DNA of 64,000 nt, from contig OY769902.1 of the NCBI GenBank assembly GCA_963669175.1, positions 4,256,001 through 4,320,000 of the forward strand, given 5' to 3'. Within the stretch, counting starts at the first letter, position 1. Each line of letters starts with the position of its first letter. Shown piece by piece: positions 60,409 through 64,000 of the stretch. The notes beneath the pieces were generated by a model, which saw nothing but the letters and a program-made list of their open reading frames with translations, did not search any database and was not told where the DNA came from. Source of the stretch: a bacterium. GTDB taxonomy: Bacteria > Electryoneota > Electryoneia > Electryoneales > Electryoneaceae. The position numbers and the translations under genes are program-made.

Positions 60409-60810
60409 ATGAAGATCGCAGTCCCAACCATGAATGGGGAAGTTTTTCAGCATTTTGGTCAGACGAAAGAGTTTACCGTTTTCACAGTCAACGATGACAC
60501 TCATGAAATAGTCGATGAAGTCAGTATCTCATCAACGCCGCATGCAGGTCATGGCAATGGTCAGCATGGGGAGGGACACGGTCCTGGCGGTTGCGCTTCG
60601 CAGGCTTTCGGAACTTTGATGTCGATGGGTGTAAACGTCCTCATAGCCGGCGGCATGGGCGCTGGCGCAGTCAACGGTTTGATGCGTTGTGGCATTCAGG
60701 CATGCCGTGGCGCATCAGGCGATGCAAAGCAGGCTGTTCTTGAGTTTGTCAAAGGCAACCTTTCCGACAGCGGCGAAGTATGCCGTGATCACGGGAAGCA
60801 CCATAACTAA
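60409..60810 (+). CDS. NifB/NifX (FeMo-co binding, MTH1175-like) protein
   Basis: MKIAVP..G.VFQHFG, LIAGGMG.GA, His-rich loop and tail. Confidence 0.85.
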   Translation: MKIAVPTMNGEVFQHFGQTKEFTVFTVNDDTHEIVDEVSISSTPHAGHGNGQHGEGHGPGGCASQAFGTLMSMGVNVLIAGGMGAGAVNGLMRCGIQACRGASGDAKQAVLEFVKGNLSDSGEVCRDHGKHHN

Positions 60811-60857
60811 TGGACCATTGCTGATTTTCGCTACCTGTCAAGGTATTCAGGTTTGAG

Positions 60858-61370
60858 GTGACATACTTGTTTAGCACTGGATCAAGAATTCTAATTCTTT
60901 TACTCCTGTCAGTTTTCGTCATTTCAGGATGCGTTGCTATTCCACAAGCCACCTCAAACCTGGACACTGGCACAGCTCCTCCTGGCCACGCAATCCTCTT
61001 CATCCTGGTTACGGAAAAGCCGAAATTACCAGGTCGCAATCTGCTGACCTTGGAAATTAAAAATCTGAAAACGGTGGAATTGTATTCGGAAGCTGTGAAC
61101 AGGATATATATCCCTGCCGGTGACTATTCTTTTGTTCTCCCCAACCTGCCTCAGGAGACCAATAACGCCAATACCTGGTACTCCTTCCAGGCTGGTGAAG
61201 TCGTCCGAATGACAATACAGAGTAAGAAACCACCGATTCCGGGGATCAATGACCTTGAACCAGGCATACCGGATGATTTCGAGCCTGAGTTCAAAATACT
61301 GCCTATTTCTGCGGATGGCATGGAAAAAGCTTCTGCTACTCTCCAGTTGCCTTTAATCCCTGTACGCTAG
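60858..61370 (+). CDS. Hypothetical lipoprotein
   Basis: Hydrophobic stretch + ISGC lipobox. Confidence 0.55.
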   Translation: MTYLFSTGSRILILLLLSVFVISGCVAIPQATSNLDTGTAPPGHAILFILVTEKPKLPGRNLLTLEIKNLKTVELYSEAVNRIYIPAGDYSFVLPNLPQETNNANTWYSFQAGEVVRMTIQSKKPPIPGINDLEPGIPDDFEPEFKILPISADGMEKASATLQLPLIPVR

Positions 61371-61614
61371 CCGATTCTCCTCCTTGTTGGAAGATTTTAT
61401 CCATCTTTTCATTGTGCGAGAGTTTGAAAACGATTAGGTTTTGTGTATTCCATACTCTTGGTTTTTTTCTTGTTCAGTTGACTTAGGTCACGTAAAATCC
61501 GAAATTCGACGATTAGGTTTTTTTTATTGAAGGATGGGGGTAGTACAGTTTTTGGTGGGAGAAACCAGAGGAAAACCTTTGGTGGGTTTTGTTCTTTTCC
61601 AAACAGGAGGTTAC

Positions 61615-62418
61615 ATGAAGCGAAAGGTAGCAGTGTATGTTTTGCCTCTGCTGCTGGTGTGGGTGGTCACCGGATGTAACATCTTCTCGTTTACCAATCC
61701 GGTAGATTCTGCGGCAGATTACGTTTCGGAAGGACGAGAGTATCTTCGTGATGGCAAATACGCGGATGCTATCGAGTCATTTACCAAAGCTTTGGATGAA
61801 AATCCAAACGATGCTTATGCTCGCTGGGGACGCGCAAAAGCATACCTTCGCAGTACAATCGAGACAGCGGATGTGACGTCGATTGGCCTGATTGCACAGA
61901 TGTCGCAGTTCCAGTCAGGCACCCTCCCCTTCCAGGGAAGTGCATGGCCCGCCGAACGCGCTGATGCAGTGTACCAGGCCATGTTCATGGTGATCGATGA
62001 CCTGGGCATGATTGCCAGTGGCGAAGCGACCAATGATGAACTTGGTCCGGCAGATGTGCGCATCGATTACCTGAGTGCGTTTGCCGTCCAAGCAGTCCTT
62101 ACTCTTCGTGACACCAATGTTGATAGCGTGATTGACGCGAACGACTTTGATCTCTCGTTCCTCATGGATGTGGCAGGCGGTGTGGCTGTTGATGTAGCTA
62201 CCTGGAATAGCCTGAGTGCTCAACAACAGCAAGACCTGATTAACGCAGCCTCTAACCTGCTGACCAACAGTTCTGAGCAGATTGTGAATCTCCTCGGCGA
62301 CATGGGGATTGATGTCACCAACATGGATGACAACGAAGATCTTCAGAATATTGGTCTGGACGTAACCAGCCTTGATAGCTTCAACGAGAACCTGATCAAC
62401 GGGCTGCATACCCTGTAA
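61615..62418 (+). CDS. TPR lipoprotein
   Basis: SD AGGAGG, lipobox VTGC, TPR (GKYADAIESFTKAL..NP..AYA), DTN.D..ID.ND Ca-type motif. Confidence 0.75.
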   Translation: MKRKVAVYVLPLLLVWVVTGCNIFSFTNPVDSAADYVSEGREYLRDGKYADAIESFTKALDENPNDAYARWGRAKAYLRSTIETADVTSIGLIAQMSQFQSGTLPFQGSAWPAERADAVYQAMFMVIDDLGMIASGEATNDELGPADVRIDYLSAFAVQAVLTLRDTNVDSVIDANDFDLSFLMDVAGGVAVDVATWNSLSAQQQQDLINAASNLLTNSSEQIVNLLGDMGIDVTNMDDNEDLQNIGLDVTSLDSFNENLINGLHTL

Positions 62419-62435
62419 AAGAAGGAGGAAGAGCG

Positions 62436-63593
62436 ATGAAGACAAGATTGATGCTTGTTGCTGCTCTTGTTCTGCTTCTAATTGCAGGACAGAGCCTGGC
62501 GCAGGAACAGTACATACCAACCGGTGTGTCCCCCAGCATTAACGTAGCCCAGATGGGGATGGGTGGACTGACCACCATGATTTCTACCAATGCCCGGACC
62601 GTGTTTAACAACCCCGGGTTGTTGAACAGGCAGAAGTTCGCCTTGGAATTCACTCCTGTGGCGATTGGTATCGGTTCAGATGCGACCAATATTCTGAAAT
62701 TCGTAAACGACAACGTTGACACGTTTGCTGGCATGGACTCCATTGCAGCACTAGCTGCCGGCGGTGATGCTGCTGCCACAGAGACCATGAACAAGTTCTA
62801 CGAAGATTCACAGGAATTTGACAACAAGTGGATCGGCTTGAACGTTGCACCATACCTGGGTTTGGCGGTAAAGGGCTTTGGTTTTGGCGTATACGGCAAT
62901 ATTGTAACTGACATCAAGCTTGATAACGGCGTTTTCGTACCCGCAATTGGCGCACGTGGGTATATGGATGTCGTTTTCGGTATAGGTCATGGCCGTGTAA
63001 TTGAAATCGGTGGACGTGACTGGGAACTTGGTGCGGCAGTAAGGATCGTCAACCGTCGTTATGTAAGCCCGATTCGGGTTAACGCATCTGACGTTGCCAA
63101 TACGGGTGACCTGGCATCTACGGTTATGGATGAGCTGAACGAAGACATAACCGGTTTCGGTATCGACGTAGGTATGATTCGTACGGTTCAGTGGAAAGAC
63201 AACGACATCGATGTCGGCGTCTCCATTCAGGACCTGGTTGGTGTCATGGATGGTTGGATCAAGCCAAACCTGAAATTCGGCGCCATGTACCACATGCCGT
63301 TCGCGAATAATGCACTGTTGAAGCGTTGGGATCTGGGCATCGAGTATGTCGATTTCTTCAACCGTGCCGGCAAGAGCTATTTTACCCATATCAACATGGG
63401 TACAGAACTGAGTGTTCTGGCCGGTTTCCTGAAGCTGCGTGGCGGTTTCCACCAGGGATACCCGACCTATGGTATGGGGCTTTCCCTCGGTTTTGCCAAG
63501 CTTGACTTCGCCTACTTCACCAAGGAACAGGGTACCGCTCCGGGTATGACCCCGTACGGGCTGTACATGGCACAGTTCTCCCTTGGCTGGTAA
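62436..63593 (+). CDS. Outer-membrane beta-barrel (TraF_2/FadL/PorV-like)
   Basis: Signal peptide, MGMGG..A...NP.LL, GFGIDVG, LRGG..QGY.T.G, terminal aromatic W. Confidence 0.75.
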   Translation: MKTRLMLVAALVLLLIAGQSLAQEQYIPTGVSPSINVAQMGMGGLTTMISTNARTVFNNPGLLNRQKFALEFTPVAIGIGSDATNILKFVNDNVDTFAGMDSIAALAAGGDAAATETMNKFYEDSQEFDNKWIGLNVAPYLGLAVKGFGFGVYGNIVTDIKLDNGVFVPAIGARGYMDVVFGIGHGRVIEIGGRDWELGAAVRIVNRRYVSPIRVNASDVANTGDLASTVMDELNEDITGFGIDVGMIRTVQWKDNDIDVGVSIQDLVGVMDGWIKPNLKFGAMYHMPFANNALLKRWDLGIEYVDFFNRAGKSYFTHINMGTELSVLAGFLKLRGGFHQGYPTYGMGLSLGFAKLDFAYFTKEQGTAPGMTPYGLYMAQFSLGW

Positions 63594-63617
63594 GCGTTCG
63601 TTACATATCGAAGTTTC

Positions 63618-63643
63618 AAACGCCCGGTTTAACCGGGCGTTTT
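63618..63643 (+). terminator. Rho-independent terminator
   Basis: AAACGCCCGGTT-t-AACCGGGCGTTTT. Confidence 0.8.
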
Positions 63644-63662
63644 CATGTATATCCGGACACAC

Positions 63663-63696
63663 TGCAATTAAGATCAAGACCTTGATCTTAATTGCA
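63663..63696. repeat. Perfect 16-bp inverted repeat with 2-nt spacer
   Basis: TGCAATTAAGATCAAG-ac-CTTGATCTTAATTGCA. Confidence 0.85.
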
Positions 63697-63901
63697 ACTC
63701 CTCATTTCCATTTCTATCTTCCCACTCAATCGCCCCATCGCTGCTCTGAATCACACTACAGGCATATGCGAATCCAATATTTTAATGGTATTATTGCTTG
63801 TGAAAAAAGGAGCCAGTTGCGGAACGAAAGCACCGGCAAGGAGTGCAACTGGAAAGCCGTTTTTTCTTACAGGGTGGGCTCTAGACAAGCAAGAGAGAAC
63901 C

Positions 63902-64000
63902 ATGAGAACTCCGTATTGGCTGCGTGCGATTACAGCCTTCCTGGTGGTATGCGGGTTATACCTTCCTTTTACCAGTTCAGCAGGTCCGAAGTACGAAATC
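63902..64000 (+). CDS. 5' fragment of a probable secreted protein (truncated by window)
   Basis: MRTPYWLRAITAFLVVCGLYLPFTSSAG signal-peptide-like start. Confidence 0.45.
   Translation, partial: MRTPYWLRAITAFLVVCGLYLPFTSSAGPKYEI

Noticed and set aside
60409-60810. Nitrogen fixation
   Set aside because: Stand-alone NifB/NifX-domain proteins are widespread; no nif genes present
62436-63593. Conjugation system suggested by the TraF-like barrel
   Set aside because: No relaxase, coupling protein or VirB4 nearby
1-64000. tRNA/rRNA genes, prophage, integron attC array
   Set aside because: No cloverleaf, rRNA, phage or integrase signatures recognised by eye

Overview
Chromosomal window from a flagellated FCB-group-like bacterium (bat operon, four secreted proteins with T9SS/FlgD-type YPNPFN C-terminal tails and a fifth with a divergent YPIPSN tail). 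Housekeeping content: nnr, ruvC, mdh, rplU-rpmA, folE, batBC-D-E, double-domain thyX, flagellin, hypABFCDE, yigZ, lgt, ctpA, rsmI. The intergenic DNA is unusually rich. (1) An IS1111-type IS110 element (29474-30845) sits at a CT core inside the terminal repeat of a MITE whose empty copies are also in the window; a junction promoter and target/donor-matching guide segments are readable in its 3' non-coding end, and an IS701-like element with an 8-bp TSD lies at the other end of the same MITE. (2) A second ~330-bp MITE has three copies with four nested REP-like motifs; two copies bracket a three-gene paralogous secreted-protein array. (3) 7-9-mer tandem-repeat mosaics lie inside operons. (4) A DnaA-box cluster (candidate oriC) lies between batD and batE. 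(5) Flagellin has a ~295-nt sigma28-driven leader. (6) Some secreted-protein genes contain strand-asymmetric C-depleted patches. All calls were made by eye from the sequence and ORF track; no database searches were run.
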